Source: an uncultured Deinococcales bacterium
GTDB taxonomy: Bacteria > Deinococcota > Deinococci > Deinococcales > JAAFIG01
Direction: 5' to 3'
DNA length: 16,578 bases
Assembly: GCA_964244895.1 (NCBI GenBank)
Contig: CAXTKV010000116.1
Coordinates: 1 to 16,578 of the forward strand
The first letter of the stretch is position 1. The number at the start of each line of letters is the position of its first letter. Below the pieces are notes generated by a model. It had not been told where the DNA came from and made no database searches. It saw only the letters and a program-made list of their open reading frames with translations. Below are positions 7,783 to 15,105 of this stretch, in pieces. The position numbers and the translations under genes are program-made.

Positions 7783-8613
7783 TCACGCCTTGCCACTCGC
7801 GCCCATCAACTGCAATCTTCTTCGGGCCTCATCGCGTACCTTCTCTTGGGCGAGCTTCAGGACGGTGTAGTGCCCGTAATCGCCGCCCATCGCCAGCGCC
7901 TCGCGGGAACCGTCGCACCAGGCCACGGACAGCGCGTGACCGATGTTGATCTTGACCACGCCCAACTTGACGGCCTCGCGCACGTCGTCGGGGTGAATAC
8001 CGCTGCCGCCGTGCAGCACGAGCGGCGCGTTCGAGCGTTTTTGGATATCCGCCAGCAATTCCAGGTTCAGCCTGGAACTGGCGTGGTGTTCGCTGCCCAC
8101 ACTCACCGCGATCATGTCCGCGCCCGCCTCGAGCATCATCGGGATTTCTTCGGGCTTGGTGAATTCCAACTCGTGCCCCTGGCCTTCGGAGCCGCCACCG
8201 AACGAACCCAGCTCGCCCTCGAGCGCCGCGCCCAACGCGTGTGCGGCCCGAGCGATCAGCGCGGTTTCCGCCAGCGCGTCCTGTAGGGTTCGCCCGTAAC
8301 CGTCGTACATCACGCTGGAATACCCGGCCTGCAAGCATTTCAGGTCGTATTCGAAGCCCGGCCCGTGATCGAGGTGCAAGAACACCGGCACGTCTGTTTG
8401 CGCCGCCAGCGACTTGACGATGCCCGCCATCTCGGGCAGCCCGGCGTGCGCCAGATCGCCGGGGTAGGTCTGCAGGATCACGGGGGCGCGTTCCAGCGTG
8501 GCGGCCTCGATGCAACCGCGCGCCATCTCGAGGTTGCAGACGTTGAAGGCGGGCATGGCGAAGCGCTCCGCGTGCGCGCGCCGCAGGAATTCGCGTGGGT
8601 TCTGTACCAGCAT
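7783..8613 (-). CDS. Class II fructose/tagatose-bisphosphate aldolase family protein
   Basis: PAFNVCNLE, FLHLDHG, GYSSVMYDG, EGELG, PLVLHGGSG, VVKINIG motifs. Confidence 0.92.
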   Translation of the reverse strand: MLVQNPREFLRRAHAERFAMPAFNVCNLEMARGCIEAATLERAPVILQTYPGDLAHAGLPEMAGIVKSLAAQTDVPVFLHLDHGPGFEYDLKCLQAGYSSVMYDGYGRTLQDALAETALIARAAHALGAALEGELGSFGGGSEGQGHELEFTKPEEIPMMLEAGADMIAVSVGSEHHASSRLNLELLADIQKRSNAPLVLHGGSGIHPDDVREAVKLGVVKINIGHALSVAWCDGSREALAMGGDYGHYTVLKLAQEKVRDEARRRLQLMGASGKA

Positions 8614-8619
8614 GGCTTC

Positions 8620-8625
8620 ACCCTA
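8620..8625 (-). promoter_or_regulatory. Probable leaderless -10 box (TAGGGT) for the aldolase
   Basis: TAGGGT-gaagcc-ATG on the minus strand. Confidence 0.5.
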
Positions 8626-8719
8626 CCAAGTCGGCTGATCTGGCCGCGCGTTTCTCGAGTGCGGCGGCGTTAAGATCGAGCCCTGCGACGTTCACAACAA
8701 CCATCTTCCCGGAGGAATC

Positions 8720-9580
8720 ATGTCGGAAGCCAACTACAAATCTGAACTGGTCGGCGTGTTCGGCCATCCGGTCGCGGAAAACCCGACCATCGTGATGCAG
8801 GAAGCGGCCTTCAAGGCGTTGGGATTGAACTGGCGTTACCTGAACATCGAGGTGCTGCCCGAAGATTTACGGGACGCCGTGATGGGGTTGCGCGCCATGA
8901 ATTTTGCCGGGATCAACTGCACGATTCCCCACAAGACGCGCGTGCTGGAATTCCTGGACGAGATCGCGCCCGACGCGAAACTGATGGGTGCGGTCAACAC
9001 CGTGCGGCGCGATGGAAAGCGTTTGATCGGCGAGAACACCGACGGCAAGGGCTTCATTCAAAGTTTGCGCGAGGACGCGAAGCTCGAGCCGATGGGTAAA
9101 CGCGTCGTGATCCTCGGGGCGGGCGGTGCGGCGCGCGCCATGACGGTCGAACTGGCCCTGAACGGTGCGGCGCACGTCACGGTCGTCAACCGCGATGCGG
9201 TGAAAGGCCGAGCGCTGGTCAAGTTGCTCCTCGAGAACACGCCCGTCCGGGCTGAGTTCGTCGAATGGAACACCGCTTACGCCGTGCCCGACGACGCGGA
9301 CGTGCTCGCCAACGCGACCTCCATCGGCTTGTACCCGAACGTGACCGACAAACCCGACCTGATCTACGACTCGATCCGCCCGAGCATGATCGTCTGCGAC
9401 GTGATCCCCAACCCGCCGCGCACGCCCTTTTTGAAGGAAGCCGAAGCCCGAGGTGCGCGCACCCTGGACGGCCTGGGCATGCTGGTCTACCAGGGCGCGA
9501 TCGGCTTCAAGATGTGGACCGGGCAGGACGCTAGCGTGCCCGTCATGCGCGCCGCCCTCGAGCGCGAGTTCGGGCTGTGA
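8720..9580 (+). CDS. aroE: Shikimate dehydrogenase (AroE/YdiB family)
   Basis: GVFGHPV, GINCTIPHK, GAVNTV, ENTDGKGF, ILGAGGAARA, NATSIG, DGLGMLVYQG; GGAGG SD at 8711-8715. The usual SxS substrate motif reads AENPT, so it may be a paralog with another substrate. Confidence 0.85.
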   Translation: MSEANYKSELVGVFGHPVAENPTIVMQEAAFKALGLNWRYLNIEVLPEDLRDAVMGLRAMNFAGINCTIPHKTRVLEFLDEIAPDAKLMGAVNTVRRDGKRLIGENTDGKGFIQSLREDAKLEPMGKRVVILGAGGAARAMTVELALNGAAHVTVVNRDAVKGRALVKLLLENTPVRAEFVEWNTAYAVPDDADVLANATSIGLYPNVTDKPDLIYDSIRPSMIVCDVIPNPPRTPFLKEAEARGARTLDGLGMLVYQGAIGFKMWTGQDASVPVMRAALEREFGL

Positions 9581-9595
9581 TGCTCGAGATCCGAG

Positions 9596-9655
9596 GAACA
9601 CAGTCCTGAACACAAATTCTTGAATCTCGAGAACGTCGTGCTGAACGGTGTTCTT
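9596..9655. repeat. Family-A repeat (three-half form) after the aroE stop
   Basis: gaacacagtcctgaacacaaattcttgaatctcgagaacgtcgtgctgaacggtgttctt; inverted match to 11037-11096. Confidence 0.85.
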
Positions 9656-9694
9656 AAAAACCCAGGAACGTATTCTCCGCACCCGACGACTTAT

Positions 9695-9717
9695 TCCTGA
9701 CTTCTGACTCTCCTGAC
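9695..9717 (-). repeat. Heptamer tract (TCCTGAC/TTCTGAC)
   Basis: tcctgac-ttctgac-tc-tcctgac just upstream of the 9735 SD. Confidence 0.55.
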
Positions 9718-9734
9718 CACCCCCGGAGGAACGC

Positions 9735-11000
9735 ATGGCGAAGAAAGCCCCGAAATCCCCACCGAGCCTCGAGACGCACCTCGATCAGGCGCTGAACGCC
9801 GGGGAAGGCATCCTGCACCTCGCGCCGACCTGGGTTCCCAGATCGTTCATGATGCCCGGCAGGCGCATGGGTCTGGCGGAACAGGACTTGTACGTGCTGG
9901 GCGCGAACCGGGGCGGCATCGACGAACGCTGGTTCGCCAGCACCACGCACGCGGAAAACGGCCCCGGAACGCCGGCGGACGAGGGCCTGAGTTACGTGGT
10001 CGCACCGGACGGCAACCGTTTCCTGCTGCTCGAGGCGATCGCCGCCAGGGGCGCGGCCCTGATCGGGCGCGCGATGTTCAAGAAGTGGGGCCGCTGGCCG
10101 CTGTACAGCAAGTATTTCGACAACATGGGCCCGATCCCGCACCATTTGCACCAGTTGAACAAGCACGCCAAACGCGTCGGCACGGAACACAAGCCGGAAG
10201 CGTATTACTTTCCGGCGCAGGTCAACGCGGTCACCAACAACTTCCCGTACACGTTTTTTGGTCTGACGCCGGACACGAAAAAGCAGGATGTGTTCGATTG
10301 CCTGGAACGCTGGAACCGGGGCGACAACGGCATTCTGGATCTTTCGACCGCCTCGCGGCTGAAACCGGGCACGGGATGGTTGATTCCGCCGGGCGTGCTG
10401 CACGCGCCCGGATCGTTGTGCACCTACGAAGTGCAGTGGGGTTCGGACGTGTTCGCCATGTACCAGAGCATGGTCGAAGGCCGCGCCGTCGGCTGGGATT
10501 TGCTGACCAAAGACGTACCCGCCGACAAGAAAAACGACCTGGATTACATCGTTTCCATGCTGGATTGGGACGCCAACATCAACCCCAACTTCAAGCGCGA
10601 CCATTACCTCGAGCCAATCGAGATCGGCAACACGGCCCGCGACGGTTACGTGGACAAATGGGTGATTTACGGCAAGATTCTGAATGAGGATCTGTTCAGC
10701 GCCAGAGAACTGACCGTCCTGCCCGGCATCGAAGTCACGATCTCCGACCCCGGCGCGAGCGGCGCGACCGTGATCCAGGGTCAGGGGGAGATCGGGCCTC
10801 ACGACGCGTCCACCGCGACGTTCGTGCGTTACGGCGAACTGACCCAGGACGAGTTTTTCATCACCGAAGAGCGCGCCCGCGCCGGCTGGACGGTGCACAA
10901 CACCGGGCACGAGCCGCTCGTGATCCTGCGCTACTTCGGCCCCGGCGTGAACGCGTCCATGCCCAACGCTGGCGATCACCGCAAGCGTTCTGGTCGATAG
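9735..11000 (+). CDS. Uncharacterised cupin-fold protein resembling class I phosphomannose isomerase
   Basis: GGAGG SD. Motifs IDERWFAS, KYFDNMGPIPHHLHQ, KPEAYYF, IPPGVLHAPG, YEVQWGSD parallel the ManA-type ExW, KxLD..QVHP, KPE, PAGTxHA, EIQQxSD series. Confidence 0.75.
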   Translation: MAKKAPKSPPSLETHLDQALNAGEGILHLAPTWVPRSFMMPGRRMGLAEQDLYVLGANRGGIDERWFASTTHAENGPGTPADEGLSYVVAPDGNRFLLLEAIAARGAALIGRAMFKKWGRWPLYSKYFDNMGPIPHHLHQLNKHAKRVGTEHKPEAYYFPAQVNAVTNNFPYTFFGLTPDTKKQDVFDCLERWNRGDNGILDLSTASRLKPGTGWLIPPGVLHAPGSLCTYEVQWGSDVFAMYQSMVEGRAVGWDLLTKDVPADKKNDLDYIVSMLDWDANINPNFKRDHYLEPIEIGNTARDGYVDKWVIYGKILNEDLFSARELTVLPGIEVTISDPGASGATVIQGQGEIGPHDASTATFVRYGELTQDEFFITEERARAGWTVHNTGHEPLVILRYFGPGVNASMPNAGDHRKRSGR

Positions 11001-11006
11001 GGGATC

Positions 11007-11034
11007 GTCAGAGGTCAGGGGTCAGAGCTTAGGG
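11007..11034 (+). repeat. Heptamer tandem tract
   Basis: gtcagag-gtcaggg-gtcagag-cttaggg. Confidence 0.75.
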
Positions 11035-11036
11035 GT

Positions 11037-11096
11037 GAACACCGTGCTGGACGGTGTTCTCGAGATTCAAGAATTTGCGTGCTGGACGGTGTTCTT
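11037..11096. repeat. Family-A repeat (three-half form)
   Basis: gaacaccgtgctggacggtgttctcgagattcaagaatttgcgtgctggacggtgttctt. Confidence 0.92.
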
Positions 11097-11103
11097 GAAG
11101 CTA

Positions 11104-11248
11104 GTCCCCCTGCGAAGTAGGGGAGGTGTCATCAGCCCGGTGTTGGCTGGTTCGAGACGGAAGGGTCTGTGTCGCGCAAGAACCCGACCCCTCCGTCTCG
11201 TACTCGAAAAGCTGACGCTCGAGCCACCGCCCGTCAACAGAGGAAGAC
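11104..11248. repeat. Family-B nested-palindrome element, copy 2 (inverted relative to copy 1)
   Basis: Inner stem cgagacggaagggtc (11153-11167) / gacccctccgtctcg (11186-11200). Its reverse complement aligns with 7630-7740 (ggtggctcgagc.tcagc...gagacggaggggtc...accgggctgatg). Confidence 0.8.
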
Positions 11249-11259
11249 GCTGCACTCGC

Positions 11260-11308
11260 CTCTGACCCCTGACTTTTACCTGTGACCCGTGACCTGTGAC
11301 CCGTGACT
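11260..11308 (-). repeat. Heptamer tandem tracts, inverted relative to 11007-11034
   Basis: ctctgac-ccctgac then (c)ctgtgac-ccgtgac-ctgtgac-ccgtgac. Confidence 0.8.
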
Positions 11309-11315
11309 CTCTGGA

Positions 11316-11321
11316 TATACT
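11316..11321 (+). promoter_or_regulatory. -10 box TATACT of a leaderless promoter
   Basis: TATACT-ctcgcgg-ATG(11329), no SD. Confidence 0.7.
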
Positions 11322-11328
11322 CTCGCGG

Positions 11329-12495
11329 ATGGCGAATCTCGAGGCGGCGGTGGCGTTCGTGCGGGCGAGGGCGGATCGGCCCGCGCTGGTGCGGCTGGCT
11401 GCGGCGCTCGGGGTGCGCGTGACGGCCTCGGAGTTGGAGGGTTTCACGGGCGGACAGTTGCTCGGTGGCGGCTGGCCCGCGTGGTGGTCGGGCGGTCAGG
11501 CGTCGCTGGATGCGACCTGCGAGCGCCTGAGCGTGCTGGAATCGCTCGGGGCGCTGGATGGCCTGGAGGCGGTGCGGGCGCTGGGGTATCTGGCGGCCAG
11601 TCAGGCTGCGGATGGGAGCTGGCAGGAACCCTCGCCGCTCGTGCGGGACGGCCCGGAGCATTTGCGGCCCGATCACCCGGATGCCAGTGCGCTGTTGACG
11701 GCGCACGGTGCGTTCTGGCTGGCGGTCGGTGGCGCGCACCCGGCGCGGGTCGAACAGGCCGCGCAGTTCCTCGGGTCGCTCGAGGAACCGCCGTTGCGCG
11801 CGCGCTGGTTGACGGCGGCGGCGCTGTACAGACTGGGCGAATCGACCGCCGCCGAAGGCGTTCTGAGTGGCGTGCGTTCCAACCGGATGCTCGAGATGTC
11901 TTCCGGCGATCTGGCGCACGCGTTGGGCGTGCTGCGCGTGGCGGGCGTGCCCGTCTCGCACCCGATGGTCACGAAGTTGCGGTCGCTGCTCGGTGCGGCC
12001 CAGCGCGAGGATGGCAGTTGGGCGGCGCGCCACGGCGCGGACGGTGATGCGCTCACCACCCTCCAGGCGATTCGCGCCCTGCGCTCGAGCGAACCGACCA
12101 GCATGCCACCGGAATTCGTCAGTTCGAACGGTGCGCGCGGCAAGCGCCCGCCGCGCCCGAACGTGCGCGCCCTGATCCTGCCCGTGCGCGATCTGGCGCT
12201 GGCTTTGAGCTTCTGGAAGGGTTTATTGGGTCGCGACCCCGCCTCACACGAGTCCGATCACGTGAGTTTCGCCCTGGATGGTCTGCGCCTGGTGTTTCGC
12301 CTGGAATCCGGCGCAGGCACCAACGCCGAACTGCTGCTCGAGATTCCGGACGACGACCTGAACGCCATGCTCGAGCGGGCGCGCACCCTCGGCGCGGTGG
12401 TCGTGCGCAACCGTTTCCTGGAAGGCAGTCTGCTCGGCGTGGTCTTCGATGATCCGCAGGGCGTGCGCTTCGAGCTGGTGCGGGTTTCAAACTAG
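11329..12495 (+). CDS. Prenyltransferase/squalene-cyclase QW-repeat domain fused to a C-terminal VOC (glyoxalase-like) domain
   Basis: Two QW-type motifs (YLAASQAADGSW, LLGAAQREDGSW), a Pro/Arg linker, then the VOC pattern LILPVRDLALALSFWKGLLG...LERARTLGA...VFDDPQGVRFELV. Confidence 0.75.
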   Translation: MANLEAAVAFVRARADRPALVRLAAALGVRVTASELEGFTGGQLLGGGWPAWWSGGQASLDATCERLSVLESLGALDGLEAVRALGYLAASQAADGSWQEPSPLVRDGPEHLRPDHPDASALLTAHGAFWLAVGGAHPARVEQAAQFLGSLEEPPLRARWLTAAALYRLGESTAAEGVLSGVRSNRMLEMSSGDLAHALGVLRVAGVPVSHPMVTKLRSLLGAAQREDGSWAARHGADGDALTTLQAIRALRSSEPTSMPPEFVSSNGARGKRPPRPNVRALILPVRDLALALSFWKGLLGRDPASHESDHVSFALDGLRLVFRLESGAGTNAELLLEIPDDDLNAMLERARTLGAVVVRNRFLEGSLLGVVFDDPQGVRFELVRVSN

Positions 12496-12558
12496 GAACG
12501 CCGTCTGGGACGGCGTTCCTGGATACTCAAAAGATGCGTCTGGGACGGTGTTCTCGAG
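12494..12558. repeat. Family-A repeat overlapping the stop codon of the upstream gene
   Basis: Perfect 12-bp stem aggaacgccgtc-tgg-gacggcgttcct (12494-12520) plus a third half gcgtctgggacggtgttctcgag. Confidence 0.9.
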
Positions 12559-12728
12559 GGTGCGCCTTTGAAATGATCGAGACGCGGTGGTTCTGCACAC
12601 TGACTCCTCCATCGTCGGCCCAAACCGTGCTGATGCCGCTTCCCCAAAACGCAGCGGAGGCCTGTCAACACCGAGAAACACGTTCCAGACGCGAACCATC
12701 CCGCCCGGTGGCGCGCCTGACGAACCGC

Positions 12729-12734
12729 TACAAT
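12729..12734 (+). promoter_or_regulatory. -10 box TACAAT of a leaderless recF promoter
   Basis: TACAAT-gcacca-GTG(12741). Confidence 0.7.
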
Positions 12735-12740
12735 GCACCA

Positions 12741-13796
12741 GTGATCCTGCGCGCCGTGCAACTGCTCAATTACCGCAACCTGGATTCGGGCAGGGTCAGC
12801 TTCTCTGCGGGTCTGACGGGTGTGGTCGGCGGCAACGGGCAGGGCAAGACGAACATCCAGGAAGCCATCTTTCTGGCCTTGACGGGCGTGCTGGACGTGT
12901 CCAGAATCGAGACCGCCATCAAGCTCGGCGAAAAAGAGGCGTTCATCGGCGTGGAACTCGAGCGAGAGGACGGCCTGACGAAGCTCGAGGTCGGGCTGGC
13001 TCCGGGCAAGAAACTGGCGAAGGTGGATGGCAACCGCGTGAGGGCCGCAGAACTCGCGCGGCACGGGGCTGCGGTCTGGATCAGGCCGGAGGATGCGGAA
13101 CTGGTTCACGGTTCACCGTCCAGACGCCGGGCTTTTCTGGACGGCCTCGTCTCGAGGATGTCGCCACGGTACGCGCAGGCGTTGGTGTTGTACGAGCGCA
13201 CGCTGGCGCAACGGAACGCGGTGCTGAAACACGCGTCCAGCGCCGAACCGGACGGGCTGGGCGTCTGGGATGTCAGGCTGGCGGAACTGGGTCAGGAGAT
13301 CATGAACCTGCGCCGCCGCGCGCTGAACCGCCTGGCGGGGCTGGCGCGGGACGCGCACGCGGGGCTGGCCGCCAACGGCAAGAACCTCGAGTTGACCCTG
13401 ACGGAAACCGCGCCGGTGGACGGTTTCCTCGAGACGCTGCAATCCAAACGCCGCGAGGAATTGAGCCGAGGCACGACCGCCATCGGCCCGCACCGGGACG
13501 ACATCAGCATCCGACTGGCGGATCTGGCTGCCGACGAGTACGCCTCGCGCGGCGAGGCCCGCACGATCGCGCTGGCTTTACGCAAGGCCGAATTCGATCT
13601 GTTCACCGAAAAATTCGGCGAACCGCCCGTGCTATTGGTGGACGATTTCACCGCCGAACTCGACCGCGACCGCCGCGCGCACCTGCTCGAACTGGTGGCT
13701 CGCGCACCGCAGGCCATCGTGACGGGCACGGAAGCGCCACCGGAAGCCAGAAGAATCCTCGAAATGCACGCCGGACGCGTTGCGGTTCCGGCGTGA
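12741..13796 (+). CDS. recF: DNA replication and repair protein RecF
   Basis: NYRNL, Walker A GGNGQGKTNIQEAI, GSPSRRRAFLD, QRNAVLK, GPHRDD, ASRGEARTIALALR, PVLLVDDFTAELD. Start set at GTG 12741. Confidence 0.97.
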   Translation: MILRAVQLLNYRNLDSGRVSFSAGLTGVVGGNGQGKTNIQEAIFLALTGVLDVSRIETAIKLGEKEAFIGVELEREDGLTKLEVGLAPGKKLAKVDGNRVRAAELARHGAAVWIRPEDAELVHGSPSRRRAFLDGLVSRMSPRYAQALVLYERTLAQRNAVLKHASSAEPDGLGVWDVRLAELGQEIMNLRRRALNRLAGLARDAHAGLAANGKNLELTLTETAPVDGFLETLQSKRREELSRGTTAIGPHRDDISIRLADLAADEYASRGEARTIALALRKAEFDLFTEKFGEPPVLLVDDFTAELDRDRRAHLLELVARAPQAIVTGTEAPPEARRILEMHAGRVAVPA

Positions 13797-13821
13797 AGGG
13801 TTGCGGCGTGAAAGAACCATC

Positions 13822-14742
13822 GTGACCCACCGATCCCGTCGCGGCGGCAAGGCCACCCGGCGCGTCTCGGACGTGCTCGAGACGGTCTTCTCGCGCAACA
13901 AGCTCGCGCGCGGCGCGCGCAAGGCCAGACCGCTGGTGGCCTGGGCGGAAGTCGTCGGGCCGCAACTGGCCCGCACCACCCGCGCTGTGCGCGTCCAGGA
14001 CGGCGTGATGGTCGTCGAAACCCAGGACGCGGTGGCCGCCAACTACCTGACGATGCAGCGCACGCGCTACCTGGATTTGCTGCGCACCGCGCTCGGATCG
14101 GAAGCCCCAGAAGATTTGCGCTTTCAGATGGGTGTCTTTGAAGCGCCCAAGCCGCCGCGCATCGAACGCCAACCGCCGCCGCTTTCGAGGGCCGAACGCG
14201 AACACGCCGAATCCCTCTCGCAGGACGCGTCCGAAGAACTCCGCCCGTTTGTGCAGGCCGCCGCCGAAGCGTTGATCCGTGTGCGCCACGAACGCGAACG
14301 CCGGGGCTTCAAACCCTGCGAGATCTGCGCCGCGCTGACCGACCGTCCCGGCCCCTGCACCTCGTGCCGCACGCTGATGAGTACGCCCGCCACGACGCAC
14401 CTGCGCTCGAGATTGATCCGCGATCCCAACCTGGCGATTCAGAACCCCGAAGATTTCGGCCTCAGCCCTGAAGGGCTCGAGTGCGCCCGATACCTGGCGA
14501 TTCAGTATTTAGAGGGGCAATTCGAGACGCTCTTGTTGCAGGTCATCAGGCCGCCCAAGACTCGCGCCCGACGCCCCAACCAGCCCGAACTCGAGGTCTC
14601 GGAGCACCGCATGATGCTCGAATCGTTGGCGCAGAAGTACCTGGCGCTCAAGCTCAAAAAGCCGCTCGAGGAGGTCGAACGCCGCGACCGTTCCGGTTTG
14701 CCCGAACGCGTCAAGAGCGTGCTCGAGATCAAGCCGGTTTAA
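13822..14742 (+). CDS. DciA/DUF721-domain protein with CxxC..CxxC Zn-ribbon and helical C-terminal extension
   Basis: AWAEVVGPQLARTTRAVRVQDGVMVVETQDAVAANYL matches DUF721; CEIC...CTSC; directly follows recF, a known gene pairing. Confidence 0.85.
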   Translation: MTHRSRRGGKATRRVSDVLETVFSRNKLARGARKARPLVAWAEVVGPQLARTTRAVRVQDGVMVVETQDAVAANYLTMQRTRYLDLLRTALGSEAPEDLRFQMGVFEAPKPPRIERQPPPLSRAEREHAESLSQDASEELRPFVQAAAEALIRVRHERERRGFKPCEICAALTDRPGPCTSCRTLMSTPATTHLRSRLIRDPNLAIQNPEDFGLSPEGLECARYLAIQYLEGQFETLLLQVIRPPKTRARRPNQPELEVSEHRMMLESLAQKYLALKLKKPLEEVERRDRSGLPERVKSVLEIKPV

Positions 14743-14795
14743 CGAGAACACCGTCCCAGACGGTGTTCTCGAGACTGCGCGTTGGACGGTGTTTC
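14743..14795. repeat. Family-A repeat immediately after the DUF721 stop
   Basis: Perfect 13-bp stem cgagaacaccgtc-cca-gacggtgttctcg (14743-14771) plus a third half gcgttggacggtgttt. Confidence 0.92.
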
Positions 14796-14862
14796 TGCGT
14801 TTAGAGCGCAACAAATCGTGTTCTCACCGAAATCTTCTCGTGAACGTGCTCGATGCGTCTCG

Positions 14863-14994
14863 AGGGGCGGGCACGGCCTGCCCGCAGGACGGTCTTTTGT
14901 GGGGGCAACCCTCGTGGTTGCCCTCGCCCTAAACGTCTACAGGTCTACTCCCCAGACCGAGAAATGTCCCGTAGGGGCGCGATTCATCGCGCCC
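14863..14994 (+). repeat. Three GTAG-family REP-like hairpins
   Basis: aggggcgggcacggcctgccc (14863-14883), gtgggggcaaccctcgtggttgccc (14899-14923), GTAGGGGCGCGATTCATCGCGCCC (14971-14994). Confidence 0.7.
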
Positions 14995-15059
14995 GCCGAC
15001 TCAGGCTGAACCGTCCCAGAGGCGATTGCGGTCTCGGAGTCGCTCGAGAGGCCGCCACG

Positions 15060-15089
15060 AAAAACGGCTCGAGTTTTCGCTCGAGCCGT
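15060..15089 (-). terminator. Probable intrinsic terminator of the pilT-like gene
   Basis: Minus strand ACGGCTCGAG-cgaaaa-CTCGAGCCGT followed by TTTT, 16 nt past the stop. Confidence 0.7.
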
Positions 15090-15105
15090 CGATACCAACC
15101 TGAAC

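Noticed and set aside
9230..9250. Family-A-like match ctcgagaacacgcccgtcc inside aroE
   Set aside because: Only a half-site with no partner arm, explainable by Leu-Glu-Asn-Thr codons and the general CTCGAG excess.
11007..11308. Possible CRISPR array from the repeated gtgctggacggtgttct units
   Set aside because: Only two direct units, part of a dispersed palindromic family, with no regular repeat-spacer periodicity and no cas genes in the window.
12534..12740. N-terminal extensions given by the ORF track for recF (also 2280-2465, 11296-11328, 16192-16260)
   Set aside because: They run through repeats or promoter sequence; homology and -10/SD signals support the downstream starts.
12559..12740. 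DdrO/RDRM radiation-response operator or SOS box upstream of recF
   Set aside because: No convincing 17-bp RDRM-like palindrome or LexA box visible.
13779..13813. Short direct duplication around the recF stop (gttgcgg / cggcgtgaa twice)
   Set aside because: Too short to support a target-site duplication or functional element.
9654..13825. Long ORFs 9654-10979 (-), 11101-12033 (-) and 12587-13825 (+)
   Set aside because: Antisense or off-frame shadows of the cupin, QW-VOC and recF genes.
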